Part shown: positions 8,490 through 18,307 of the stretch, piece by piece | How the letters are laid out: each line of letters opens with the position of its first letter | Position numbering within the stretch: position 1 is the first letter of the stretch | From: an uncultured Rhodobacterales bacterium | GTDB taxonomy: Bacteria > Pseudomonadota > Alphaproteobacteria > Rhodobacterales > Rhodobacteraceae | Reading direction: 5' to 3' | Length of the DNA: 29,226 nucleotides | Assembly (NCBI GenBank): GCA_964459535.1 | Contig: CAYWNJ010000001.1 | Span: forward strand, 1-29,226 | Notes under the pieces: generated by a model | What the model was told of the DNA's origin: nothing | The model's database searches: none | What the model saw: the letters and a program-made list of their open reading frames with translations, nothing else | Made by a program: the position numbers and the translations under genes

Positions 8490-9902
8490 ATGATCACGCC
8501 TATTCTTCTTTGTGGTGGTTCTGGCACGCGACTTTGGCCGCTGTCACGCAAGAGTTTTCCGAAGCAGTTTGTCGATTTATTAGGGGATGAGAGCTTGTTC
8601 CAGGCGTCTGCTCGACGCTTTGTCGGGCCGGAATTCTATGATCCGCTTGTGGTTACGGGGGATGATTTTCGCTTTGTCGTTTCAGAACAACTGGCCGAGA
8701 TAGACATTAAACCGTCCGATATCCTGATCGAGCCCGAGGGACGCAATACGGCGCCAGCTGCCATTGCGGCTGCGCTTTATGTCGCGCAACAATCGTCTGA
8801 CGCCTATGTGCTGTTGGTGCCTTCAGATCATGCCGTGGCCAACCCTGAGGCGTTCCGCGCGAGCGCGCTTTTAGGTCTCAAAGCTGCTGAGGCTGGGCAG
8901 ATCGTAACATTTGGCATAGCTCCACAGCATGCAGAGACTGGCTATGGCTGGTTAGAGGCAGGTGACGAAATAGAGCCAGGCCTGTCTGACTTGGTTCGTT
9001 TTATCGAAAAGCCTAACGCCCTTCAGGCTAAGGAACTGTTCGAAAACGATCAGTTCTTGTGGAATTCAGGGGTCTTTTTGGCCAAAGCTTCGGTTCTGAT
9101 TGAGGCATTCCAAACTTATGCGCCTGCGATCTACAAGACAGTTTTAGCTGCGATGAACGCTGCTAAGAAAGATTTAGAATTCACGCGTATCGACCCAGAT
9201 CTTTGGGCCAAGGTCCCTGAGGATTCCATTGATTATGCTGTGATGGAAAAAGCCCAGAATATTAGCGTCGTGCACTTTAATGGGGATTGGTCTGATCTAG
9301 GCAGTTGGGAAGCGGTTTGGCGCGAATCTGAAACTGATACGGTAGGTAATTCGGTCTCTAATAACTCTACAGCCTATAATTGTGAAAACGTGCTTTTGCG
9401 CTCTGAAACACCTGACGTAGAATTGGTTGGGATCGGTCTTCAGAATATAGTTGCCGTAGCCACCCGTGATGCCGTCATGGTCGCTGATATTTCGAAAACT
9501 CAAAATGTGAAAGAAGTGGTCAGTGAGTTAAAGGCGCGCGGCACCAAGCAAGCAACCACTTTTCCCATTGATCGTCGACCTTGGGGGTGGTTTGAAAGTC
9601 TCGTCATTGGTGAACGGTTCCAAGTGAAGCGTATCTATGTGCATCCTGGCGCTGCTCTGAGTTTGCAAAGCCATCATCATCGTTCGGAGCATTGGATCGT
9701 CGTGCAAGGTACAGCCCTGGTGACTATAGACGACGATGTTAAGTTGGTTACCGAAAACCAGTCGGTCTATATTCCTCTTGGCGCAGTTCATCGGATGGAG
9801 AACCCTGGCAAGGTGCCGATGATCCTTATCGAGGTGCAAACTGGCTCTTATTTGGGCGAAGATGACATCATTCGCTATGAAGATATTTACGCGCGCTCTT
9901 AA
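8490..9902 (+). CDS. manC: Mannose-1-phosphate guanylyltransferase / mannose-6-phosphate isomerase
   Basis: 470 aa with PILLCGGSGTRLWPLSRKSFPKQF, EPEGRNTAPA, WSDLGSW and a cupin C-terminus RPWG...LSLQSHHHRSEHW. Confidence 0.96.
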   Translation: MITPILLCGGSGTRLWPLSRKSFPKQFVDLLGDESLFQASARRFVGPEFYDPLVVTGDDFRFVVSEQLAEIDIKPSDILIEPEGRNTAPAAIAAALYVAQQSSDAYVLLVPSDHAVANPEAFRASALLGLKAAEAGQIVTFGIAPQHAETGYGWLEAGDEIEPGLSDLVRFIEKPNALQAKELFENDQFLWNSGVFLAKASVLIEAFQTYAPAIYKTVLAAMNAAKKDLEFTRIDPDLWAKVPEDSIDYAVMEKAQNISVVHFNGDWSDLGSWEAVWRESETDTVGNSVSNNSTAYNCENVLLRSETPDVELVGIGLQNIVAVATRDAVMVADISKTQNVKEVVSELKARGTKQATTFPIDRRPWGWFESLVIGERFQVKRIYVHPGAALSLQSHHHRSEHWIVVQGTALVTIDDDVKLVTENQSVYIPLGAVHRMENPGKVPMILIEVQTGSYLGEDDIIRYEDIYARS

Positions 9903-10089
9903 GGGAGATTTCAAGATCTAGGGCACTTCGCGCTAGGGTCCTGACCCTAGGCCGGGTGGCAGCGCATGACGTCGAGGGACATCCCGTTCCCATCTGTGCT
10001 GGATGTCAGAGACCAAGTGCATTATGCCCGATACAAACGAATCTTGTAGCGCTATTTCACCTGCAGCGTGCATGTTCTCCGGGGTTGTC

Positions 10090-11283
10090 ATGAACCGAAT
10101 ATTTGTCGTCGATCCAGTTTGTGCCATGGAATACGGGCACACGCTTAACGCCATAAAATATTTCAGAGATATGGCCGCCAACTATTGTAACGACGCTGTT
10201 AGCGTTGCCTCATATCATTTGCCGGGTACTACAAAAGAGGATGGAATAGAGCGGTTCTTCGAGTTTCAGTACGGCTTTGGTTTGAAGATTGACCGACGCG
10301 ATGGGGAACGAAGCGCCTTTAACGCCCATTTTTTAGGTCAAAGCCCAGAAGGACGTTCTACCACAGATTTCCTTGAATTGATTCAACGCCATAATATCGG
10401 CAGCGATGATGCAATCATGTTCCCTGGTGTGGATTACTATAGCTTGCTTGGGATTGTCGCGGTACTCGACACGCGCGCGCCGCACACTTTGCCATTGCTG
10501 TATATCCGTTTTATTGGCGTTCTGGAAAACGCGGCTCTTGGACTGACGGGCGAGGCGGCCTTTGAGAAATGCATCGCCGTACTCAATGCCTATGTTCAGC
10601 AAGGCAGGCGCGTGTCGGTCTGTGCGGAGACGCCAAAATATGCGCAGCGTCTACGGGAACGCTTGATATGCCCTGTCATTACAGTGCCCTATTTTTCACC
10701 CGAGGTGGTGCCGTTGCCTGCCCCAGAAAAGTCCGATCGTACAACCTTCCTTGCCGGGGGAAGCGCACGGTCCGACAAAGGTTTTTTCAACCTGGTCGAG
10801 ATTATCCAAAAAGCCAACGCGCGCGCAGGGGCGGAAAATCTGCATTTTATTGTGCAATCCCTGCCAGATTCACAGGTAGCCGAGAATGAGGTTTATATTC
10901 GTGCGCTGTTGTCTCAGCCGAATGTAACTTTGATGGCGGGGCAGGTCAGCTATGATGAGATCATCGAAGCTTTCGCAGCCTCTCATGTGGCTCTGATGCC
11001 TTATGATACCGCGACCTATGCCTGGCGCGGTTCAGCCATGCTGATGGAGGCAATGATGTTTGAGCGGCTGGTGATCGCGCAAGCGGGCACGGGTTTTGCC
11101 GATCAGGCGCGGTTCTATAATGCGGGCGAGCTCGTGGAAACGATTGACGATTTTGCCGAAGCGATCAGCTATTTGTCGCGCGTGCCACATCGGCATTTGC
11201 ACGCTCGGGCCGCCCAGGCGCGCACCCATTATATGGAAGATGTTAAAACCGCCTGCGATCAGTGGTTGAGAGGAACAGAGTAA
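10090..11283 (+). CDS. Divergent GT-B fold glycosyltransferase
   Basis: Motifs GSARSDKGF and SHVALMPYD...RGSAMLMEAM. The start is placed at MNRIFVVDP (10090) rather than 10003. Confidence 0.65.
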   Translation: MNRIFVVDPVCAMEYGHTLNAIKYFRDMAANYCNDAVSVASYHLPGTTKEDGIERFFEFQYGFGLKIDRRDGERSAFNAHFLGQSPEGRSTTDFLELIQRHNIGSDDAIMFPGVDYYSLLGIVAVLDTRAPHTLPLLYIRFIGVLENAALGLTGEAAFEKCIAVLNAYVQQGRRVSVCAETPKYAQRLRERLICPVITVPYFSPEVVPLPAPEKSDRTTFLAGGSARSDKGFFNLVEIIQKANARAGAENLHFIVQSLPDSQVAENEVYIRALLSQPNVTLMAGQVSYDEIIEAFAASHVALMPYDTATYAWRGSAMLMEAMMFERLVIAQAGTGFADQARFYNAGELVETIDDFAEAISYLSRVPHRHLHARAAQARTHYMEDVKTACDQWLRGTE

Positions 11284-12827
11284 TGGTCAAACCTACGCTG
11301 CTCTTTGTTGACCACGCATTTCACAAAAAGACACATTCTACAGATTTTATTGTCGAGCTGCTTCAAGACGCCTTTGAGGTCACATCGCTTTATATTGAAC
11401 CAGACGCGCCGGTTGATCCAGCAATGGCCGAGACGGAGCACGAATATGTCTTCATCTGCCAAATGGACTTTCTGACACCTTTGTTTTTAGCGGCTGGCAA
11501 AAAGGTGACAGTGTCGCAGATGTACGACGGCTCAGGCGGGCTGCCCGTAGAACATTTCTTGCTGAACCGGCAAGCGCAATATGTGAACTTTTGCGTCGCG
11601 TTGCACAGTATGACGCTTAAAGCCGGCTCGCGCAGTTTTTTGACTCAATATGCCCTGGACCCAGAAGATTTTGAACCCGTGGACAACTTTGACGAACTGC
11701 GTGGGTTCTTCTGGCAACGCCTCCCGGACTCACAAGTCTCAGTGCCGCGCGTGCTGTCATTAATTGATGGTCAGTTAGACCGCCTACACCTGCATGTCCC
11801 GTCGGACAACAATACGGTTTTTGATAAGTCGCTTATTTCTAAAGCTAAAATGAAGGTGACCTTATCAGACTGGTTCGAAGACCCCAAAGATTTTCAAAAT
11901 CTGTTGCTTCAGTCCAATGTCTTTTTTGCACCGCGCCCAGCCGAAGGTATTGGAATGGCCTTTTTAGAGGCTATGGCGCGCGGAATGCTGGTGATTGCAA
12001 ATGATTTGCCGACCCACAATGAATATATCCATTCGCTGCAGAACGGGATTTTATTCAAGAATACATCCGAACATATCGATCTACGGTCTATACGAAAGGA
12101 AATTCCCCGTATTGGGCACAATGCCCGCCTCACCCTGCAGCGAAAACGTGAGGATTGGCTTGCCGACCGAGAGCCAATTTGCGCCTTTGTGAAGTCCGGT
12201 GCAGCGAGTGTTGTACCTCATGGCTTGCCCGGCCATCGCGATGTAATCCTGGAAATCATAAATGCCTATCAGCGCGGACTTGGCCCCTATATTGAGGCGC
12301 TGCAAAGTAAGGCCGAGTTCGTCAGCGCTTTTGGCACCTGGGACAAAGTTGTGAAATTTTCAAAACCACAACGAAGCAGAGAGGCTACACATGAAAGCGC
12401 TTATGATGATCGGTCCGTGATCGTCTTTGGTTATGGCAACGGGCGATACATGTTGGAGACCGGCTGGTCCGATATTGAACCTGGCCATGTCTGGGCAATT
12501 CAACGCAGTGCGAAGATATCCTGCCCAACGGCAAGACTCTTTGATGCTAAAAAGGTGCCCCATTCCTGTATCACAGCAATTGAACTGGAAATGCGGGGTC
12601 TTGCATCCTATGACGTGTCAGTGAAATTTGCAGGTAAGAGGCTAGGTAAGGTCGCGTTGAAGTCAAATTTCGAGGCCACCCGACTGACGTTGCCCAAATC
12701 TATGGATTTGGCTGATCTTACGGAGTTTGAACTGGGGTTTGAGCTAGGTCACCAGATAAAAGTACCCAAGGTAGAAGCCCGCGATCTGGCCTTTGCGATC
12801 AAATCACTCACGTTACATTTTGGATAG
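11283..12827 (+). CDS. GT4-family glycosyltransferase with C-terminal beta-sandwich-like domain
   Basis: SNVFFAPRPAEGIGMAFLEAMARG has the EX7E signature. TAATG stop/start coupling at 11281-11285. C-terminal GWSDIEPGHVW module. Confidence 0.85.
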   Translation: MVKPTLLFVDHAFHKKTHSTDFIVELLQDAFEVTSLYIEPDAPVDPAMAETEHEYVFICQMDFLTPLFLAAGKKVTVSQMYDGSGGLPVEHFLLNRQAQYVNFCVALHSMTLKAGSRSFLTQYALDPEDFEPVDNFDELRGFFWQRLPDSQVSVPRVLSLIDGQLDRLHLHVPSDNNTVFDKSLISKAKMKVTLSDWFEDPKDFQNLLLQSNVFFAPRPAEGIGMAFLEAMARGMLVIANDLPTHNEYIHSLQNGILFKNTSEHIDLRSIRKEIPRIGHNARLTLQRKREDWLADREPICAFVKSGAASVVPHGLPGHRDVILEIINAYQRGLGPYIEALQSKAEFVSAFGTWDKVVKFSKPQRSREATHESAYDDRSVIVFGYGNGRYMLETGWSDIEPGHVWAIQRSAKISCPTARLFDAKKVPHSCITAIELEMRGLASYDVSVKFAGKRLGKVALKSNFEATRLTLPKSMDLADLTEFELGFELGHQIKVPKVEARDLAFAIKSLTLHFG

Positions 12828-13799
12828 GCCACGGCGTCGCCTTTTGCGGGGCTGGCGTGCGGGCTTTTTGACTTTAGCGTCAAGCGCGCTGAGAATCTGA
12901 TAAAGATTATTAAGCTCTTGCATACGTTGCCCATTTTGACTTTGTAAGGATGAGACCGCACGTTTGAGTTCGTCAATCTGAAGACGTTGGTTGTAAAGCA
13001 ACCGTGCCAGATCCGAGGTCTGCCTCGTCGTTGTCACATAGCGATCTCGCGCGTATTGCGGCTCTTTATCATAGCCAAAACGCGCCATGACGTCACCGCA
13101 TTGTGCCCATAGGTTGGCTTGTGTCTCTGGGCTAAGAAATTGGGTAAATCCGCCGCTCTGGCCGCTGCGGTTATGTTCGTTCACATCAGCATGGGCACGC
13201 CAAAAGGCCGCTTCTATCACCGCCTGGTTAAATGCCGCTGCATCTGGGCATAAACCGGTTTTTTGCACCACATCTTGCAGCCAAGTAATGGGATCATAAG
13301 CAATATCTTCATAGCGGTACAGTAATGTGTGCTCCGGTTCGCTAGATAGTACATCTAAATAATTTCTGGCATGAGCAAGGTAGTTCGCAATCTCGTCTTG
13401 TGCATAAGTGTCAAGATCACGCCTAATGTGGCGGCCGCGTTCATTAAGATCCGTTAACTGGCCTTCACGAAAAACCGAATGGATATGTCCGTACGCGAAA
13501 TATTGCGACACGACACAATCACGCAGATCACGCATCACGATGACTTTTTGGTACTTTTCCGTACGGAACCTTTCAAAGGCCGCATCATATTCGCGGAAGG
13601 GGCCGAATATGGCATTCTGTCTGGGAAGACGGTCATACGCCTCTGTCGGAATGTCGGACGTTCGCACACCGTTGTTATAGGCCTCTTCCAACGGATTATG
13701 TAATTCCCACCCACTGGAGAGTGCTAAAATGTGCATTAACCGCGCTGTTATCGAGCTACCACCCCGAATAAGTCCAAAAAGGACAACAGGTCTTGTCAT
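12813..13799 (-). CDS. Sulfotransferase-domain protein with C-terminal coiled-coil-like segment and basic tail
   Basis: KVIVMRDLRDCVVSQY is a 3'-PB-like motif, followed by LLYRYED and HNRSGQSGGF. The 5'-PSB-like GLIRGGSS is non-canonical. Confidence 0.75.
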   Translation of the reverse strand: MTRPVVLFGLIRGGSSITARLMHILALSSGWELHNPLEEAYNNGVRTSDIPTEAYDRLPRQNAIFGPFREYDAAFERFRTEKYQKVIVMRDLRDCVVSQYFAYGHIHSVFREGQLTDLNERGRHIRRDLDTYAQDEIANYLAHARNYLDVLSSEPEHTLLYRYEDIAYDPITWLQDVVQKTGLCPDAAAFNQAVIEAAFWRAHADVNEHNRSGQSGGFTQFLSPETQANLWAQCGDVMARFGYDKEPQYARDRYVTTTRQTSDLARLLYNQRLQIDELKRAVSSLQSQNGQRMQELNNLYQILSALDAKVKKPARQPRKRRRRGLSKM

Positions 13800-14323
13800 C
13801 GGTGCACTACCTTCTCAGAGTAATAAATATAGGGCGCAATCAGAAATCACCTACTTGTAAAGCCATACCGCCCCTCTAACAGGTTTTTACGCCAATCAAA
13901 TGACCTGCTCCCCGCTGGCCCTTCATTGATAACGAGAAATTGCCCGTTTGGGCAAGCGCGCAGGGTGCGGGGCTCTCAACTGACTCAACTGTCCGGCGGG
14001 CTCAGACGGGCGTTTGATTGCCAAGCGACAAATGTAGTCTGACCACTGCCCTCTCTCATCGAAACTGCGTTTCGACGGCCGGGCAGCGGGACAGGGTGTT
14101 GTGCAGCAATGTCACCAGAGGGGCGCTGTAACCGCATCGCCAGAGGGGGTCAGTTGCGGATGTACGAAAACGGCCCCCTCTTTGATAAAGTCATCGTACC
14201 AGCCAAATGAAACACAGTTTGAGGCGGAAACGACCATCTTGTAGCTATATCAGCGGGCGGTCCCCTTACGGACACGGCTTGGTGAGCTAAACGTACTATT
14301 TCGCCCCCAGCCGTAAGCGTCCC

Positions 14324-14986
14324 TTAACTGAGCATACGCATGTTTTGGTTATGGTGCGCGATACCTTCTTCGATGTCTTCATAATAGGTCATCTGCCCCT
14401 GATCTAGCACCGCGACCGCATTGCACAGCTCTCGCACCTGATCGACCGAATGCGTCACCACGACGGCACCAGAATATTTCATTCGCTCTAGGAAAACTTC
14501 GGAGCTTTTCGCGCGAAAGGCGGCGTCCCCCACGGCCGTAATTTCATCAACCAGATATGTATCAAAACCAATGCCCATCGACACCCCAAACGCCAAACGT
14601 GACATCATCCCCGAAGAGTAGGTCCGAAACGGTAACTTGAAATGCACACCTAGACCGGCAAAACTTTCAACAAATTCAATTAGTTCATCCGCATCCACCC
14701 CGTAAATGCGTGCGACAAAACGCGTATTCTGCGCCCCCGTTAGTTCACCGTGGAAAGAACCGGCAAAACCCACAGGCCATGAGATAGAGCCCGTGCTGAC
14801 AATCCGCCCAGAGGTTGGTTCATAAGTACCAGCAATCATCTCCAGAAGTGTCGATTTACCGGCCCCATTGCGACCCAAAAGCCCAACCGAGCTACCAGTG
14901 GGGAACACTGCGTTGATGTTGTCGGCCACAACCTTTTTGCGACCATGGAGATGGAAAACTTTGGTGACATTCTCAAACTTGATCAT
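14324..14986 (-). CDS. kpsT: Capsular polysaccharide ABC transporter ATP-binding protein
   Basis: 220 aa with Walker A GRNGAGKST, YSSGMMSRLAFG signature and YLVDEITAVGD..F. There is no C-terminal carbohydrate-binding domain. Confidence 0.93.
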   Translation of the reverse strand: MIKFENVTKVFHLHGRKKVVADNINAVFPTGSSVGLLGRNGAGKSTLLEMIAGTYEPTSGRIVSTGSISWPVGFAGSFHGELTGAQNTRFVARIYGVDADELIEFVESFAGLGVHFKLPFRTYSSGMMSRLAFGVSMGIGFDTYLVDEITAVGDAAFRAKSSEVFLERMKYSGAVVVTHSVDQVRELCNAVAVLDQGQMTYYEDIEEGIAHHNQNMRMLS

Positions 14987-15004
14987 GAACCCAAAGCCCC
15001 GTGT

Positions 15005-16309
15005 CTACCGGCGATCCTTAACTGAATAATAGATCAGCACCGCCGTTGCCCAGCCCAAGAACAGGAACAGGGAAATCAGGAACTGCAAAGACAACCGGTG
15101 TGGATATTCCGGAGTTTCAGCGATGGTCGGTTCAAGATAAGCGGCCAGATAACGGCTCTTACGACGGGCCTCCGTAAGAGCTGCGTCATAAGCGGCAAGA
15201 GCGGAAAGATAGGCGCGTTCTGCAAATTCGCGGTCAACGATTAATCGCTCATAATCGCCCACAACACCAGCCATCCCACGACCATCCGTATTGGATGTGA
15301 CGCTGTTAACACCCACCTTCGCCCGCTCGGCTTCAATCCGTTCGGCAATAACCTGCAAGCGTTGCTCTGCTCGAGCGATACGGGGATCACTGGCTAAGAC
15401 AGTGCTACGTAGCACATCAAGCTCAATCAACACCTCCGCTTGACGCACCTGCAAGCTGCCAACAAGGCCAGTTTGGTTGCGTAAATCGACCTCTGGATCG
15501 ATCATTTGATTTTCATTGCGAAAGCTTGTGACATTTTTTCGCGCTGTTCTGAGCCGGGCTTGTGCATCTTCCAGATCAGCCCGCGCATAAGAGATCGCAT
15601 CATCGCGCGCAATCGCGCTGAGATCATTGATGAGCTCAGCACTGCGCTCAAAAAGCATCGCTGTGATGGCATGAGCATCTTCCGGGGTAAAAGCACGCAC
15701 CTCTACATCGAGCAATCCCGAGCCGGCACCATAGGTGACGTGGACCATCTTGTTCCAATATTCGAGCAGTTCTTCGATCGAAGAATCTTGCTGTAAAGTA
15801 AAAACGACATCGTCCGCAGGCTTGCTCCAGATCGATCTCAGATCAAGCTGTGCGTCAATTTCCCGGACCAAACGCTGGCTCTTGATATACTTGAAAAGGA
15901 TGTCTGTATCATTTGAACTCGAACCAGAGAACTGAGTGAAACCACTTAGGAGCTCAAGCGGCGAGCTTGTTTCTTCACGGCGCACGGCAAAGCCCATACG
16001 CGAGGCATATTGGTCTGCGGCCCAGCCCCAAAGATAAATGCCCGTCCCACCCGATGGTGCGACCACAAACAGTAAAAACGTCAAAATCGTCAGCACATGA
16101 CGCGCGCGAATCCAACTGCGCCGCACTGGCGGAGGCACTTTGGAAACAAGAGGAGCCCCAGCGCCGCCCGTGCCCGTGTCGGGCAATATTTGAGAGGGTG
16201 CGCTTGGAATAGTTGGCGCAGGGAACGCAGGCGGAGGGGGCGCCTTGCGCGGCACGTTCCCTTCCGGGACAGAGCGCAAATGTGGTTGGCTGCCGTTTTG
16301 TCCGGTCAT
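15005..16309 (-). CDS. kpsE: Capsule export polysaccharide co-polymerase/adaptor (KpsE/RkpR type)
   Basis: Two TM segments flank a long coiled-coil region. Motifs AADQYAS...AVRREE and C-terminal PTIAETPEYPHR. Confidence 0.88.
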   Translation of the reverse strand: MTGQNGSQPHLRSVPEGNVPRKAPPPPAFPAPTIPSAPSQILPDTGTGGAGAPLVSKVPPPVRRSWIRARHVLTILTFLLFVVAPSGGTGIYLWGWAADQYASRMGFAVRREETSSPLELLSGFTQFSGSSSNDTDILFKYIKSQRLVREIDAQLDLRSIWSKPADDVVFTLQQDSSIEELLEYWNKMVHVTYGAGSGLLDVEVRAFTPEDAHAITAMLFERSAELINDLSAIARDDAISYARADLEDAQARLRTARKNVTSFRNENQMIDPEVDLRNQTGLVGSLQVRQAEVLIELDVLRSTVLASDPRIARAEQRLQVIAERIEAERAKVGVNSVTSNTDGRGMAGVVGDYERLIVDREFAERAYLSALAAYDAALTEARRKSRYLAAYLEPTIAETPEYPHRLSLQFLISLFLFLGWATAVLIYYSVKDRR

Positions 16310-16389
16310 TGGGCGTGTTGTGGGCTTTGATTTATGACCATAAAATGATGAATACCGTTTTCATGTCCATGTCAACAAGCGGGCGGGCG

Positions 16390-17199
16390 ATGACAGATGT
16401 AAATGCAGTTCCACCACGCGCGGACACGCGGCGGCGGTTTCGCATGCTAAGGGCGGTTTCTGCTTTGATGCTGCGCGAGATGAGCTCGAGCTATGGCCGC
16501 TCACCCGGAGGCTATATGTGGGCGATTTTGGATCCGGTGGGCGGTATCGCACTTTTATCGCTGGTCTTTGCTGCGTTTTTCGACAAGCCGCCGCTGGGCA
16601 TCAGCTTTCCCACTTTTTATGCTACGGGAATGCTTCTTTTTGGCATGTTCAATGATGTACACAGCAAAATTGCGCTGTCATTGCTCTACTCTAAACAGCT
16701 CTTGGCCTATCCGACAGTAACATTTGTCGATGCGATCCTCGCCCGCTTTATCCTCAACACGATGACCGAATGCCTCGTGGCCTATATCGTTTTCACAGTC
16801 TGTTTTGCTCTGTTTGAAACGCGAACAAATATGGACTTTCCCGTCATCTTACAGGCATGGGCTCTGACCGCTTACTTGGCGCTCGGGATCGGCACGCTGA
16901 ACTGTTACCTTTTTGCCCGCTTCGAGGTCATGCAGCGCGCTTGGTCGATCATGATGCGGCCAGGGTTTATTCTATCAGGGACATTTTTTATCTTTGATAC
17001 ACTGCCAGAGAAGTACCAGAACTGGCTGTGGTGGAACCCCTTGGTCCACAATATCGGTATATCGCGATCCGGGTTCTACAGCGAATATGATGCCGCATTC
17101 GCCTCTCCTACCTATGTGATCGGGTTGTCGACGATATGCCTTGTGACGGGGCTGATGCTGCTGCGTAGGCATTACCGAACACTGTTGAGCAATCACTGA
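16390..17199 (+). CDS. kpsM: Capsule ABC transporter permease
   Basis: LREMSSSYGRSPGGYMWAILDP and LWWNPLVH...RSGFY are ABC-2 motifs, and the protein is hydrophobic. The start is uncertain (16345-16390). Confidence 0.88.
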   Translation: MTDVNAVPPRADTRRRFRMLRAVSALMLREMSSSYGRSPGGYMWAILDPVGGIALLSLVFAAFFDKPPLGISFPTFYATGMLLFGMFNDVHSKIALSLLYSKQLLAYPTVTFVDAILARFILNTMTECLVAYIVFTVCFALFETRTNMDFPVILQAWALTAYLALGIGTLNCYLFARFEVMQRAWSIMMRPGFILSGTFFIFDTLPEKYQNWLWWNPLVHNIGISRSGFYSEYDAAFASPTYVIGLSTICLVTGLMLLRRHYRTLLSNH

Positions 17200-17371
17200 T
17201 CTGCCCGCTTTTTAAGCCTTTGGCCTAGCAACTGTATTTCTCAGAAGTGTTGCTTGGTCCAAGTTTGTCGGGATTTACAGAGCGCAGCAGCTAGGCCTTT
17301 TGTTCAACTTTACGGTTTGCTAAAGAAACCTCCAAGTTGAGGGGTAGCGAAACAGCCATGCGATTTAACAA

Positions 17372-18307
17372 ATGATATCATTGCAAAATAAGAAGATTTG
17401 GGTTGCGGGTCATCGAGGCATGGTGGGCTCTGCCATTGTCCGGCGCCTGGCCTCGGAGGATTGTGAGATCCTCACGGTGTCACGTTCTGAGGTCGACCTG
17501 CGTGACCGCAGTGCGGTGGATGCTTGGATTAAAGACGCACGGCCAGATATGGTCGTGCTCGCCGCGGCGAAGGTGGGCGGCATTCTGGCGAACGACAGCT
17601 ACCCGGTCGATTTTCTATACGAAAATCTGGCGATTCAGAACAATGTGATCACGCTAAGCCATACCCATGATGTGGAAAAGCTACTGTTCTTGGGCTCATC
17701 CTGCATCTACCCCAAAATGGCACCACAACCGATTACCGAAGATGCTTTGCTGACTGGTCCGCTAGAGCCAACAAACGAGTGGTATGCAATTGCAAAAATT
17801 GCAGGGATCAAATTGTGCCAGGCTTATATGAAACAATACGGCGCGCGGTTTGTTTCGGGTATGCCAACAAATCTCTATGGTCCCTATGACAATTTTGACT
17901 TGGCTTCTAGCCACGTGATCCCTGCGCTGATGCGCAAGGCGCATGAGGCTAAGCTTGCTGGTGAAGATGGGATGGAAATTTGGGGCACTGGCTCACCGCT
18001 GCGCGAATTCATGCATGTAGATGATTTGGCCGATGCCGCCGTCTATGTGCTACGTGCCTATGAAGATTATGAACATATCAACATGGGAAGCGGTGACGAA
18101 GTCTCAATTGCCGAGGTGGCGCAGTTGGTGATGCGCGTTGTCGGCACCTCGGGTCATCTACGCCATGATCTATCCAAACCCGATGGTACACCACGCAAGT
18201 TGATGTCAGCGGACAAGCTGAAGGCTGCAGGCTGGGAGCCCAAAATTACCCTCGAAGACGGCCTCCACAGCACCTACGAATGGTTCATGGAACATGTTGC
18301 GCAATAG
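17372..18307 (+). CDS. fcl: GDP-L-fucose synthase
   Basis: 311 aa with VAGHRGMVGSA, AAAKVGGI..N, LFLGSSCIYPK, YAIAK and MPTNLYGP..NF. Confidence 0.96.
   Translation: MISLQNKKIWVAGHRGMVGSAIVRRLASEDCEILTVSRSEVDLRDRSAVDAWIKDARPDMVVLAAAKVGGILANDSYPVDFLYENLAIQNNVITLSHTHDVEKLLFLGSSCIYPKMAPQPITEDALLTGPLEPTNEWYAIAKIAGIKLCQAYMKQYGARFVSGMPTNLYGPYDNFDLASSHVIPALMRKAHEAKLAGEDGMEIWGTGSPLREFMHVDDLADAAVYVLRAYEDYEHINMGSGDEVSIAEVAQLVMRVVGTSGHLRHDLSKPDGTPRKLMSADKLKAAGWEPKITLEDGLHSTYEWFMEHVAQ

Noticed and set aside
14313-14322. GTAAGCGTCC as an IS66 terminus
   Set aside because: It points into the intact kpsT gene and no partner end or transposase remnant was seen, so it is probably chance.
17222-17297. GGCCTAGC/GCTAGGCC inverted repeat after kpsM
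   Set aside because: It is only 8 bp with a 60-nt loop, too weak to call a terminator or element.
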